DNA from: a virus
Taxonomy: Duplodnaviria; Caudoviricetes
Direction: 5' to 3' (one strand)
Length of the DNA stretch: 36,769 nucleotides
IMG/VR virus record: IMGVR_UViG_3300020183_000232
Coordinates: 1-36,769 of that record
Shown here: in pieces, positions 19,051 through 28,988 of the stretch
Layout of the letters: each line of letters begins with the position of its first letter
Numbering within the stretch: the stretch's first letter is position 1
Made by a program: the position numbers and the translations under genes
The notes under the pieces: model-generated
What the model saw: only the letters and a program-made list of their open reading frames with translations
The model's database searches: none
Told to the model about the DNA's origin: nothing

Positions 19051-22000
19051 ATGGCACAAAATACCAATCTTAACACATCTCCATATTTTGATGACTTTGA
19101 TTCAAAAAAGAATTATCAAAAGGTATTATTTAAGCCAGGAACTCCCATACAAGCAAGAGAGTTAACAACTTTACAAACTATCTTACAAGATCAGGTTGAA
19201 AAATTTGGAAAACATTTTCTCAAAGAAGGTGCGGTTGTTATTCCGGGAAACATTGCTTACGATTCTCAATATACTTCTGTTCAGATAGATCCAAGTCATC
19301 TAGGACTTCCCGTATCAACTTATATTTCGTTTTTTACCGGTAAACAAATAAAAGGAGCTACTAGTGGCGTAACAGCAAAAGTAGAAAAAATAATAACAGA
19401 TTCTGAATCAGAAAATAATAATTATACTTTGTACATAAAATATCAAAGTTCTGGAGAAGGAAGCTTTTCAACTTCAGTATTTCAAAATGGTGAAGATTTA
19501 GTATCAATTGAAACTATTGATTATGGTCTTGGCAGTATAAGACAAGATTCAACTTTTGCTACATGTATCATTAATAATTCTTCAACCATTGGATCTGCAG
19601 CCAAAATAGAGACGGGAGTTTATTTTATCAGAGGATTTTTTGTAGATGTTTTCGCAGAAACTTTAATATTAGATCAGTATAGTAATACACCTTCTTATCG
19701 TATAGGACTTAATATTAATGAACAAATATCAGTAGCATCACAAAATAATCAAGATCTTTTTGATAATGCTAGAGGGTTCTCTAATTTTGCTGCTCCTGGA
19801 GCGGATAGATTAAAAATATCTGTAAATTTGGCTAAAAAATCGTTAAATGATTTTAATGATGAAAGTTTTATAGAACTGATGCGAGTTGAAAATGGATTTT
19901 TATCTAGATTTGTAAAAAAAGTAGAATTAGACAAGTTAATTACTGATATATTAGCTAGAAGAACATATGATGAATCTGGAGATTATTATATAAAACCATT
20001 TGCGGTCGCAGCTAAAGAAGCACTAAACAATGGAATTGGTAATAACGGAGTATTTAATTTTACTCAACTAACTACACAAGGGAATATTCCAAGTGATGAT
20101 CTGTTTAATTTACAAATATCTCCAGGTAAAGCCTACGTTAGGGGATATGAAGTAGAAACTATTAGTACAATTAACTTAGATGTTGATAAACCCAGAACTA
20201 CGGCTTCAAATGACAATACTTCGATAACTATAAATTTAGGAAATCAATTAGAATTAAATAATGTATTTGGAACCACTAATGTTGGTTTTGGTACTACAAG
20301 TCAAGTAAGATTATTTTCAAATCGTACTAGTACTCAAGGGACAGCTTCTGGAATTCAAGTTGGTGTAGCAAGAATTTATGATTTAAAACTTAAAAATTCT
20401 TCATATACTAATAATGGATCAGTTTTTGAAACAGTTTTGTATGATATTCAAACTTATACATACTTAAATTTAAACACAACCATTACTCTGTCTACACCTG
20501 CATATATTGAAGGTAAAAATAGTGGAGCAACAGGATTTTTAGCTAAAAATGCCTCAAATACTAATGAATTAGTTCTTTATCAAACTACTGGAAAGTTTTC
20601 ACTACAAGAAGCTATAATAATAAATCGTGTAGAAAACACCAGGATTATTAGTAAAGTAAATGATTATTCAATATCCGATGTGCATCAGATAGCTGGCACT
20701 GGATTATCTGGTAATATATTTACTGCAGACCCAATTTTAAATCAAAATATTTTATTAGCACCAGTAACCTCTGGATTTACTATATCTACAGCTAATTCTG
20801 GAATAAGTACCATCACAACTTCCAATATAAATTTTGGTATAGGAATTCAAACCGGAGATATAATTTCTTACACTAAACCCGGTGAAATTTTACCAACATA
20901 CAATAGAGTAACTACTGTAAATGCTTCATCTAGGTCTATAATAGTTGAAGCAACCACTAATGTTGTTAATGTTTGTTCTGGAACTCTTCCAACTGGTCAG
21001 ATAACCTCTAATGAAGTTTTTAAAGTAGTTTCAAGAATATTAAATTCTAGAGAAGCTTACTTGTATGAAAGATTAGAGCATAGAAATATATCATCAGTAG
21101 ATCTTAGTTCTGGAAATTTAATTTTTAGAAAATCATATCCAGTAACAATATCATCAAACAGTTTTACTATAACTTTAGAATCGGATACTACTATAACGGC
21201 GGAACCTTTTGATGAAGAAGATTATACAATAGTTTATGCTAATGGTACAATTGAACCATTAGATGAAACTAAATTCACAATTACTGCTGGCAGAACTGTA
21301 ACTTTTGTTGACTTAAGTGTGGCTAGTGGATCTGCAACATTAATAGCGACACTCAAAAAACAAAATTTAAAACCAAGAAGAAAAATTCATAAAAGGGCTG
21401 GAATTTTAGATATTAGTAGATCTTCATTAGTTGCTTCTGGAGTAGGAAACACTTCTTTAAATGATGGGTTAACCTACAGTCCCATTTACGGTACAAGAGT
21501 GCAGGATGATAAAATTTCTCTACAAGTACCAGATGCAACAGAAATTATTGGTATTTTTGAATCTAACGATACAAATGAACCAGATCTACCTAAATTACAA
21601 ATAAAAAATTTAAATACCAATATTTTAAATACAGTAACTGGTGAAATTATATATGGATCCTCTAGTAATGCTAGGGCAATGTTGGTTTTAAATAATGGTA
21701 GTAATCGCGTTGACTTTGTTTATGTTAATGAAAATACTTTTATAAAAGATGAAAGAGTAACATTTTTAGAATCAAACTTAACTGCAAACGTTGACTATGC
21801 AATAGAAGGAGATAGAAATATTGCAAATGATTTTGAATTTAATTCTGGTCAAGAAAAAGACATCATAAATTATTCTTATATTGAAAGAAAATCTTCGGCA
21901 ACTTCTCCATCTAAGAAATTAAAAATAGTATATAATTATTATTATATTAATCCCTCTGATGAAGGTGATTTAGTCGTAGCAAATTCGTATGATAGTAATA

Positions 22001-25000
22001 GGTTTACAAATGATACGATAGTTTTTGATGGGAATAATACCACAGATTTGATTGATTTACGTCCAAGAGTTATCCCATACAATCCAATTACGGCTACTTT
22101 TTCTCCTTTTGAGTGGAGTGCTAGAACTTTTTCTAATCCCACAAACTCTTCTTCATATATTTTAGCTAAAAATAAAAATTTAAATTTATCTTATAAGTAT
22201 TATCTAGGTAGAATTGATAGGCTTTATATAGATAGAACGGGACAATTTGTATTAACAAAAGGAGTCCCTTCTGTAACACCAGTAACTCCAGATCCAGTTG
22301 ATGGAAGTATGGAAGTTGCTACAATAACTCTACCTCCATATGTTTATAATATTGAACAAATTAAAATTAAGTTAGTAAGTCACAAGAGATATAGAATGAA
22401 AGATATATCTCTATTGGAAGATAGATTAAAAAATGTAGAATATTATAGTTCATTAAGTCTTTTGGAAAGTGAAACAAGAAACTTAGTCATAAGAGATGCT
22501 ACTACAGGACTAGATAGATTTAAATCTGGATTTTTGGTAGATAATTTTAAATCTAATCTTTCCGGATCTTTAGGAGACCCTCTTCATAGATGTAGTATAG
22601 ATACTACTGAAGGTGTGGTGAGACCTCAACATTATACAAGTTCTATAGATTTATTACTTGGATCTGAAGCAGTTGTGGGGACCGCAAATACTTCTAATCC
22701 AAATGCAGATTTGAGATTTGTTAGTGATTTAGGATCACCAAATTCAGTTAAAGTGGGAGACGTTGTTTGTTTAAAATATACCGACGTTGTTTGGTTGCAA
22801 AATAGGTTTGCTACCAAATCTGAAAATGTAAATCCGTTTAATGTAGTTAACTGGATTGGTGTAATTGAACTAAATCCTGCAACAGATACTTGGATTGAAA
22901 CAAGAAGAAGTAGAAGAGATATAGATTTGGAAGGTAGTTATAGCAGCGCAGTTCAACAACTTGGAGTAGATACAAATACAGGTCTTTCTCCGACCGATTG
23001 GGCATCTTGGGAAACTAGTTGGACGGGTACAACTACAACAAATACTGCATTTATAGGTAGAATTCAAACCGGAACTGACACTAGATCCAGTACTACTACC
23101 ACAGGATCTTTTCAACATGGAAGAGGTATTCCAATTACTACTGCAACAACACTAAGAGATAATTTTATCAATTTTAATAATGTAACCACTTTAACTACTT
23201 CAAATCAAAGTAGACAGGGAATTCAATATAGGGTTGGTCAACGAATTGATACCACCAATCTTGGAGATAGAGTAGTATCAACAGATATTATTCATAGAAT
23301 GCGTTCTAGAAATATAGAATTTATTGGTAGAAGATTAAAACCAAGAACTAGATTATATGCATTCTTTGATAATGTAGCGATAACAAATTACATAACTCCA
23401 AAATTAGTAGAAATACAAATGCAAAGTGGAACTTTTTCTCTAGGAGAAACAGTTTCAGGAACTTTAGGTACTGTTTCTATAAGATTTAGATTAGCTAAGT
23501 TGAATCATAAGTATGGACCATATAATAACCCAACACAAATATTCGTAACAAATCCATATAACATTAGTGAAACCATTCCAACTTCGTATTCCAGCACTTC
23601 TTCTTTACTTAATGTAGATACTGCAAGTTTAGAATTGCAAGCTGCATCTGGATTTTATGGTTATATTGTAAATGGAATGCAACTTCGCGGTGAAACAAGT
23701 GGCGCTATTGCTAGAGTTAGTAATTTAAGACTTGTTAGTGATGAGGCTGGAACTCTTATTGGATCTTTCTATATTCCTGATTCAACTCTACCATCTACGC
23801 CTTCCTTTGAAACAGGCACAAAAACTTTTGTACTAACTACAAGCGAACAGAATAGAACCGTTGGTGGTACAAGTGAAAGTACTGGAGAAGCAACTTATAC
23901 AGCAGCAGGAACTATTAATAATGTTGAAGAATCTACTCTTAGAATTAGAAATGCAACCATTGAAAGAGTACCAAGAACTGAATCCAGAACTACGAGGGAA
24001 AGTGAAACTAATACAGTTGCATCTACTTCATTTACAGATAGGACAGTAAGACAAACTAGATGGGTTGATCCATTAGCTCAATCATTTGAAGTTACTGATA
24101 GACCTGGTATTTTTATTTCAAAAGTGGACATATTTTTCAGAACTAAAGATCAGAGAAACTTACCTGTCACAATACAAGTCAGAACGATGCAGACTGGTTT
24201 GCCTACGCAAGAAATTCTTCCTTTTGGGGAAGTAATACTTGATCCAGCTCAGGTAAATATTTCTGCTGATGGTTTGACTCCAACCACATTTACGTTCCCA
24301 TCTCCAGTTTATTGTGAAGGTGGTCAAGCATATTGTGTTGTTTTACTTTCAGCTTCAGATGAATATACTGTTTGGATTTCCCGAATGGGCGAACAGGATA
24401 TTACAACTATTAATAGAGTTGAGTCTGAGAGAGTTGTAGTTTCTCAACAACCATTGTTGGGATCTCTATTTAAATCTCAAAATGGAGCTACTTGGGATCC
24501 AAGTCAACTTGAAGATCTTAAGTTAACAATCTATAGAAGTGAGTTTTATAGAGGAACTTCAACAATAAGATTCTATAATCCAGAGTTAAACATTGGAAAT
24601 AGACAAATTGCAACTTTAAGACCAAATCCACTTGACACTATTTCCAGATCTATAGTAGTTGGTATTGCAAGAAGTCTTACTTCTGCAGAACAAACTGCTT
24701 TGGTTCCAGGAATAACAATTTTACAAAATAATAATACAAAATTCACATCTAAAATTAAAAATCTTAGTGGAGCCATTGGGATAGGAAGTACATTAGCAAT
24801 TACAAATGTTGGAACAGCGTTTACTTCATCTTCTAGAACTTATTCAAATGTAGATGTTGTGGCTTTAAGTGGAGATGGTGTTGGAGCAAAAGTAAATCTA
24901 ACAATTAATGGTGGAGTTGCTGTAGCTGCTACAGTTTCTATTGGAGGAACTGGATATTCTTATGGAGATGCTTTAACAATTGATTTTTCTGATACTGATA

Positions 25001-26577
25001 ATAGAGGTAAGAATTTAATTCTTACAATTCCTAACAATATTGGTATAATATCTGCATTCAACTCTTTAGTATTAGATCGTGTTCAAGGTAATATAAATGA
25101 AAATTCCACAGATTCATTATATTATGTTGGAAGTGCTGGTACAACTAATTTATCTGGAGCTACAGTAAGATATTCAAATGTGAAATCTGACGGGCTTCAC
25201 TTCAGGGTTTCTCATAATAATCATGGTATGTATTCTGATAATGATTATGTAACATTAAGCGGAATTGAACCCGATGTAAGACCTGTTACATTGACTTCTA
25301 CAATCTCACCATCTTCAACTGACGCAATTGTAGTAAGTTCCGTTGGAATACTTACAACTTTTGAAAATATTGTTGTAAGTAATTTAAATCCTGGATATAT
25401 TTTAGTAGAAGATGAAATCATCAGATATACTGGAGTTGTTACATCAACAAGTTCGCTTATTGGAATTCAGAGAAATGTTGGAGGAACTATTTCTGGATCT
25501 TATTCCAGTGGAAATCTAGTTTACAAATATGAACTATCTGGAGTTTCATTGAACAGAATAAATAAAACTCATAATTTAGCTGATGCAGATCAATCTAAAT
25601 ATCCAAATGATCTTGATTACTATTATATTAAGATAAACAATGGCGGAATAGCTGGTGTAGCAATTACTGATAGATCTTCTTCAAATCCAAATTCTTTCCC
25701 AGAATTGTATTTCGCTTCTAGTAGGTCTTGTGGTTCCTACGATACTGTTCCTTTAATTAATTCTAGAAGAAGTCCAAAAGCTACCCAAAATATTCCATTT
25801 AATGCAATTAGGCCAAATATTCAATTGATGTTACCATCAGGAACTTCAATTTCTGCTAGAGCAAGAACATTCTCTGGATCTACTCCAGATTCCTCCTTAA
25901 CTTCTTTCTTAGATCAAGGATTTGAAACTGTAGCTATAAATGAAACAAATTATTTTGATTCTCCAAGAATTATTGCTTCAAAAGTGAATGAAACTGCATA
26001 CCTATCCAATTTCCCTGGTTCAAAATCATTTACTTTAGAAATTGATATGATAACCAATAATTCTTTGGTTTCGCCAGTTATAGATTTGGATAGAGTTAAT
26101 TTGATTACTACGGGAAACAGAATTAATTCTAAAGTTACAAACTATGCATCAGATTTCAGGGTAAATACATCATCCTCTGATCCAACAGCAGCAATTTATT
26201 CAAGTAAGATAGTTACTCTAGAACGATCTTCGGACAATCTCAAAGTACTATTTGATGCATATAGACATTCAACAAACGATATAAGAGTATTGTATAGACT
26301 GTTTAGGTCTGATCAAAATTCAAGTCCTTTATGGGAATTATTCCCAGGTTATACTAATCTAGATGTTAATAATAATGTAATCAATTCTTCACTTAATAAT
26401 GGTTTGTCGGATACTAATGTTTTATCATCAAATGCTCTTGGAGATTTTGGATCTTATGAATATAATGTTAAAAATTTACCACAGTTCCAAGGATTCCAAA
26501 TTAAAATATTGATGACAGGAAGTAATTCATCATATGTACCATTGATAAGAGACTTTAGAGCCATAGCAACAATATAA
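19051..26577 (+). CDS. Large virion structural protein, DUF4815/VrlC-like (2508 aa)
   Basis: N-terminus NLNTSPYFDDFD…YQKVLFKPG.PIQARELTTLQ; RRTYDESGDY, RFKSGFLVDNF and DPLAQSF motifs typical of the large protein that follows gp8 in cyanomyoviruses. Confidence 0.8.
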   Translation: MAQNTNLNTSPYFDDFDSKKNYQKVLFKPGTPIQARELTTLQTILQDQVEKFGKHFLKEGAVVIPGNIAYDSQYTSVQIDPSHLGLPVSTYISFFTGKQIKGATSGVTAKVEKIITDSESENNNYTLYIKYQSSGEGSFSTSVFQNGEDLVSIETIDYGLGSIRQDSTFATCIINNSSTIGSAAKIETGVYFIRGFFVDVFAETLILDQYSNTPSYRIGLNINEQISVASQNNQDLFDNARGFSNFAAPGADRLKISVNLAKKSLNDFNDESFIELMRVENGFLSRFVKKVELDKLITDILARRTYDESGDYYIKPFAVAAKEALNNGIGNNGVFNFTQLTTQGNIPSDDLFNLQISPGKAYVRGYEVETISTINLDVDKPRTTASNDNTSITINLGNQLELNNVFGTTNVGFGTTSQVRLFSNRTSTQGTASGIQVGVARIYDLKLKNSSYTNNGSVFETVLYDIQTYTYLNLNTTITLSTPAYIEGKNSGATGFLAKNASNTNELVLYQTTGKFSLQEAIIINRVENTRIISKVNDYSISDVHQIAGTGLSGNIFTADPILNQNILLAPVTSGFTISTANSGISTITTSNINFGIGIQTGDIISYTKPGEILPTYNRVTTVNASSRSIIVEATTNVVNVCSGTLPTGQITSNEVFKVVSRILNSREAYLYERLEHRNISSVDLSSGNLIFRKSYPVTISSNSFTITLESDTTITAEPFDEEDYTIVYANGTIEPLDETKFTITAGRTVTFVDLSVASGSATLIATLKKQNLKPRRKIHKRAGILDISRSSLVASGVGNTSLNDGLTYSPIYGTRVQDDKISLQVPDATEIIGIFESNDTNEPDLPKLQIKNLNTNILNTVTGEIIYGSSSNARAMLVLNNGSNRVDFVYVNENTFIKDERVTFLESNLTANVDYAIEGDRNIANDFEFNSGQEKDIINYSYIERKSSATSPSKKLKIVYNYYYINPSDEGDLVVANSYDSNRFTNDTIVFDGNNTTDLIDLRPRVIPYNPITATFSPFEWSARTFSNPTNSSSYILAKNKNLNLSYKYYLGRIDRLYIDRTGQFVLTKGVPSVTPVTPDPVDGSMEVATITLPPYVYNIEQIKIKLVSHKRYRMKDISLLEDRLKNVEYYSSLSLLESETRNLVIRDATTGLDRFKSGFLVDNFKSNLSGSLGDPLHRCSIDTTEGVVRPQHYTSSIDLLLGSEAVVGTANTSNPNADLRFVSDLGSPNSVKVGDVVCLKYTDVVWLQNRFATKSENVNPFNVVNWIGVIELNPATDTWIETRRSRRDIDLEGSYSSAVQQLGVDTNTGLSPTDWASWETSWTGTTTTNTAFIGRIQTGTDTRSSTTTTGSFQHGRGIPITTATTLRDNFINFNNVTTLTTSNQSRQGIQYRVGQRIDTTNLGDRVVSTDIIHRMRSRNIEFIGRRLKPRTRLYAFFDNVAITNYITPKLVEIQMQSGTFSLGETVSGTLGTVSIRFRLAKLNHKYGPYNNPTQIFVTNPYNISETIPTSYSSTSSLLNVDTASLELQAASGFYGYIVNGMQLRGETSGAIARVSNLRLVSDEAGTLIGSFYIPDSTLPSTPSFETGTKTFVLTTSEQNRTVGGTSESTGEATYTAAGTINNVEESTLRIRNATIERVPRTESRTTRESETNTVASTSFTDRTVRQTRWVDPLAQSFEVTDRPGIFISKVDIFFRTKDQRNLPVTIQVRTMQTGLPTQEILPFGEVILDPAQVNISADGLTPTTFTFPSPVYCEGGQAYCVVLLSASDEYTVWISRMGEQDITTINRVESERVVVSQQPLLGSLFKSQNGATWDPSQLEDLKLTIYRSEFYRGTSTIRFYNPELNIGNRQIATLRPNPLDTISRSIVVGIARSLTSAEQTALVPGITILQNNNTKFTSKIKNLSGAIGIGSTLAITNVGTAFTSSSRTYSNVDVVALSGDGVGAKVNLTINGGVAVAATVSIGGTGYSYGDALTIDFSDTDNRGKNLILTIPNNIGIISAFNSLVLDRVQGNINENSTDSLYYVGSAGTTNLSGATVRYSNVKSDGLHFRVSHNNHGMYSDNDYVTLSGIEPDVRPVTLTSTISPSSTDAIVVSSVGILTTFENIVVSNLNPGYILVEDEIIRYTGVVTSTSSLIGIQRNVGGTISGSYSSGNLVYKYELSGVSLNRINKTHNLADADQSKYPNDLDYYYIKINNGGIAGVAITDRSSSNPNSFPELYFASSRSCGSYDTVPLINSRRSPKATQNIPFNAIRPNIQLMLPSGTSISARARTFSGSTPDSSLTSFLDQGFETVAINETNYFDSPRIIASKVNETAYLSNFPGSKSFTLEIDMITNNSLVSPVIDLDRVNLITTGNRINSKVTNYASDFRVNTSSSDPTAAIYSSKIVTLERSSDNLKVLFDAYRHSTNDIRVLYRLFRSDQNSSPLWELFPGYTNLDVNNNVINSSLNNGLSDTNVLSSNALGDFGSYEYNVKNLPQFQGFQIKILMTGSNSSYVPLIRDFRAIATI

Positions 26578-26578
26578 A

Positions 26579-26794
26579 ATGAATTTGATACCAATAGAAA
26601 ATAACCATTCTCTTTACAGAGATATTGAATCAGGAGCAGTTTTGAACTGTTCCTCATCTGATTATGAGTCATATTTGCAACATAAAAAATTATTACTTGA
26701 AAAACAAGATGAAATTCAGTCATTAAAAAATGAAGTAAGTGAAATAAAAGATATGATGAGACTCATTCTTTCTAAACTAGACTCCAACTCATAA
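26579..26794 (+). CDS. Small hypothetical protein with C-terminal coiled coil (71 aa)
   Basis: LYRDIESGAVLN motif followed by the heptad pattern EIQSLKNEVSEIKDMMRLIL; starts 1 nt after the previous stop. Confidence 0.8.
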   Translation: MNLIPIENNHSLYRDIESGAVLNCSSSDYESYLQHKKLLLEKQDEIQSLKNEVSEIKDMMRLILSKLDSNS

Positions 26795-26797
26795 ATA
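26790..26797 (+). promoter_or_regulatory. T4-like late promoter (CATAAATA)
   Basis: 7/8 match to TATAAATA, 21 nt upstream of ATG 26819. Confidence 0.65.
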
Positions 26798-26818
26798 CTT
26801 AGAAAACGGGTTCCTATA

Positions 26819-27151
26819 ATGGCGGCAAGGAATGTAAACTTAGTTCTTGAACAAGGGGTTGATTTTCAAGCCACCTTTACGATCAGGAACACAAATAATG
26901 CACCATTAAATTTGACTGGGTATACGGGCATTTCTTCAATTAGAAAACACCCAACTTCTTCCACTGCATATCCATTACTATTGACTTTTCCTGATAGAAT
27001 AAATGGAAAAATTACCGTTTCCATGGGATATACTGCAACTGATGCAATTGAAGGGGGTCGTTATGTCTATGATGTTATTTTAATTTCTCCAAATTCTTAT
27101 AAAACAAGAGCTGTTCAAGGAAATGTTCTAGTAACACCAGGGGTATCATAA
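26819..27151 (+). CDS. Small virion structural protein, probable Ig-like fibre adaptor/collar (110 aa)
   Basis: NLVLEQGVDF…LNLTGY…GKITVSM…GRYVYDV…GNVLVTPGV beta-sandwich pattern common in phage tail adaptor proteins. Confidence 0.7.
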   Translation: MAARNVNLVLEQGVDFQATFTIRNTNNAPLNLTGYTGISSIRKHPTSSTAYPLLLTFPDRINGKITVSMGYTATDAIEGGRYVYDVILISPNSYKTRAVQGNVLVTPGVS

Positions 27152-27828
27152 TGACAGATTACTTAGTAACTTTAAACGAACCTGGACCATTTAGAATTGG
27201 TGTAGACTATGAAATTCCTACAAAATCCATTCAGTATGGAAATTTAATACTAGACAATATAAACTCTCAATTTACTGGAGTTGCTCATACATTTGGGTTG
27301 AATTATAGTTCAAATTATTACGTACCTATCAATGATCAACAATTGATTGTGGTAAAAAATAATCTTGTAATGGAGCCTATTGAAGATTATACCGTTTCTA
27401 CAAATAATATAATTTTTACTATAGCTCCAAATCCTGGAGACGATGTTTTTATCATAGCTCTTGCGACAACTGCAGATTTAACAAGAACCATTAATTATGT
27501 AATTGATAGTGGTTCTATTTCTATGATTGCTGGAAATAAAGGTTCTTTAACTCTAGATGTGAGTGGGATTATTGAATCTTTAGTGATTTTATCAGATCAA
27601 GAGGGTGATCTTACTTTAGACATAAAAAAATCAAATTATAGCACATTTCCAACTTTTCATTCAATAGTTGGTCCAGCTTATCCACAGATGACAAATTCTA
27701 GAAAAGTTCGTGATGATAATTTAATAGGTTGGCATACTGCAGTAGTTGCTGGAGATATTTTAACTTTTGATGTGATTGCTGTAAATAACATCAATCGTTT
27801 CTTAGTTTCTTTAAAATTAAAATTATAA
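27151..27828 (+). CDS. Virion structural protein (225 aa) sharing a module with gp7
   Basis: ILDNINSQFTG…TF.L…LIVVKNN…P..DY…IIFTIAP module also occurs in gp7; TAATG overlap with the upstream gene. Confidence 0.75.
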   Translation: MTDYLVTLNEPGPFRIGVDYEIPTKSIQYGNLILDNINSQFTGVAHTFGLNYSSNYYVPINDQQLIVVKNNLVMEPIEDYTVSTNNIIFTIAPNPGDDVFIIALATTADLTRTINYVIDSGSISMIAGNKGSLTLDVSGIIESLVILSDQEGDLTLDIKKSNYSTFPTFHSIVGPAYPQMTNSRKVRDDNLIGWHTAVVAGDILTFDVIAVNNINRFLVSLKLKL

Positions 27829-27831
27829 ATA
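27824..27831 (+). promoter_or_regulatory. T4 late promoter, perfect TATAAATA
   Basis: Exact consensus overlapping the stop of the 225-aa gene; followed by SD AGGGGAG (27861-27867) and ATG 27876. Confidence 0.8.
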
Positions 27832-27875
27832 AAGATAGTTATTAAAAAATCATAACCTGTAGGGGAGTTGTTTAA

Positions 27876-28883
27876 ATGGCACTATTAGTTCCAAATATTG
27901 GAGAACTTGAGTCACTCAGATACTTGGTTGCAAACAACAACCACACTGCAAGTCTTGCTGACCAGTCTCCCAGAAACCTAGTTTTAAAACTTTTTACAAG
28001 TAACACGACTCCAGTAGAGTCAGATGTTCCTTCTGAAACTGCATATTATGAACCATATGGTATTGGTAATACTAATGCCTATGGATTTGCTCCATATACA
28101 GGTTATCCATATTGTGTAAATAATAGAAATGATCAAAGTTACACATCACAAACTGGAATTCTTCTTAATGGATCGCGTTGGAGAATTAATCAAGTAGGTT
28201 CTGGTACAACCGCTACATATCCAGAACAAACCTTTACATTTACTGGAGATGCTGGTGATATCTACGGTTATCATGTGACTCGCGCAAATAATATGCCTAT
28301 CGCTGTCCAAGGTAAAGTTCACTATGCGTCAGTTGGTATCGGAACTACAGTTACCAAGGGAAGTGCGGTTGATCCATGCATTGGAGTCGTTGGTAACTCC
28401 TATATTACTATTGACCCAGATATCACTGTAGATGATCTCACTTTAGGAATGCTTGTTAAGGGAAATGCTGGAGTCCAAACAGGAACTAAAGTTATTGGAG
28501 TTGATAGGGCATTAAAAGTGGTTTATTTAGATAAACCTCTTATTGACAACATTCAGGTTGCAACTGATCCAAGTGTAGAGTTTAGTTTTGGAAAAATTAC
28601 AGCAGCTGGTCACCAACTAGTTGCTGGGGATATCCTATATATTGCAGCTGGAGCTGGAAATACAACTCATTCATCTAATGTATATACAGTATTCTCTGTT
28701 CCAAATGCAAATGAATTCTTTACAACTCCTTCTATCAATCCAACATTAAATACGGTTGTTGGTTTAAATACCGCAACTCTTTATAGTTCTATAATGTATG
28801 CTGAAAGATTTACAAATGGTCCTTACGCAATTCAAAATAACGGAGACCAAATCAAGATTACCCTAAACGTTGCTCTTGATTGA
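27876..28883 (+). CDS. Probable abundant virion structural protein (335 aa)
   Basis: Has its own late promoter, a strong SD and a downstream terminator. Core motifs LKLFTSNTTP, ATYPEQTFTF, IYGY and YAERF…GDQIKIT. Confidence 0.75.
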   Translation: MALLVPNIGELESLRYLVANNNHTASLADQSPRNLVLKLFTSNTTPVESDVPSETAYYEPYGIGNTNAYGFAPYTGYPYCVNNRNDQSYTSQTGILLNGSRWRINQVGSGTTATYPEQTFTFTGDAGDIYGYHVTRANNMPIAVQGKVHYASVGIGTTVTKGSAVDPCIGVVGNSYITIDPDITVDDLTLGMLVKGNAGVQTGTKVIGVDRALKVVYLDKPLIDNIQVATDPSVEFSFGKITAAGHQLVAGDILYIAAGAGNTTHSSNVYTVFSVPNANEFFTTPSINPTLNTVVGLNTATLYSSIMYAERFTNGPYAIQNNGDQIKITLNVALD

Positions 28884-28922
28884 TACTTGAATAAAAAAAT
28901 TTAATAATTTAATTGTGAATGG

Positions 28923-28955
28923 GAGGATTGCTATTTTATGGCGGTCCTCTTTTTT
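28923..28955 (+). terminator. Rho-independent terminator
   Basis: GAGGATTGCTA(28923-28933)/TGGCGGTCCTC(28939-28949) 11-bp stem with three G:U pairs, followed by T6 (28950-28955). Confidence 0.8.
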
Positions 28956-28988
28956 GCGAATACCTACAAGTGTCGGTAGAAATTACAA

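Noticed and set aside
3554-26577. Inteins, introns or homing endonucleases explaining the very large ORFs
   Set aside because: No intein splice motifs (C…HN-C/S/T) or LAGLIDADG/HNH/GIY-YIG signatures noticed; the size is explained by repeated structural modules.
981-26723. Other short nested ORFs in the track (e.g. 2841-3116, 14353-14724, 22870-23118, 26454-26723)
   Set aside because: They overlap strong + strand structural genes, have no recognisable motifs, and go against the uniform late-gene orientation or frame.
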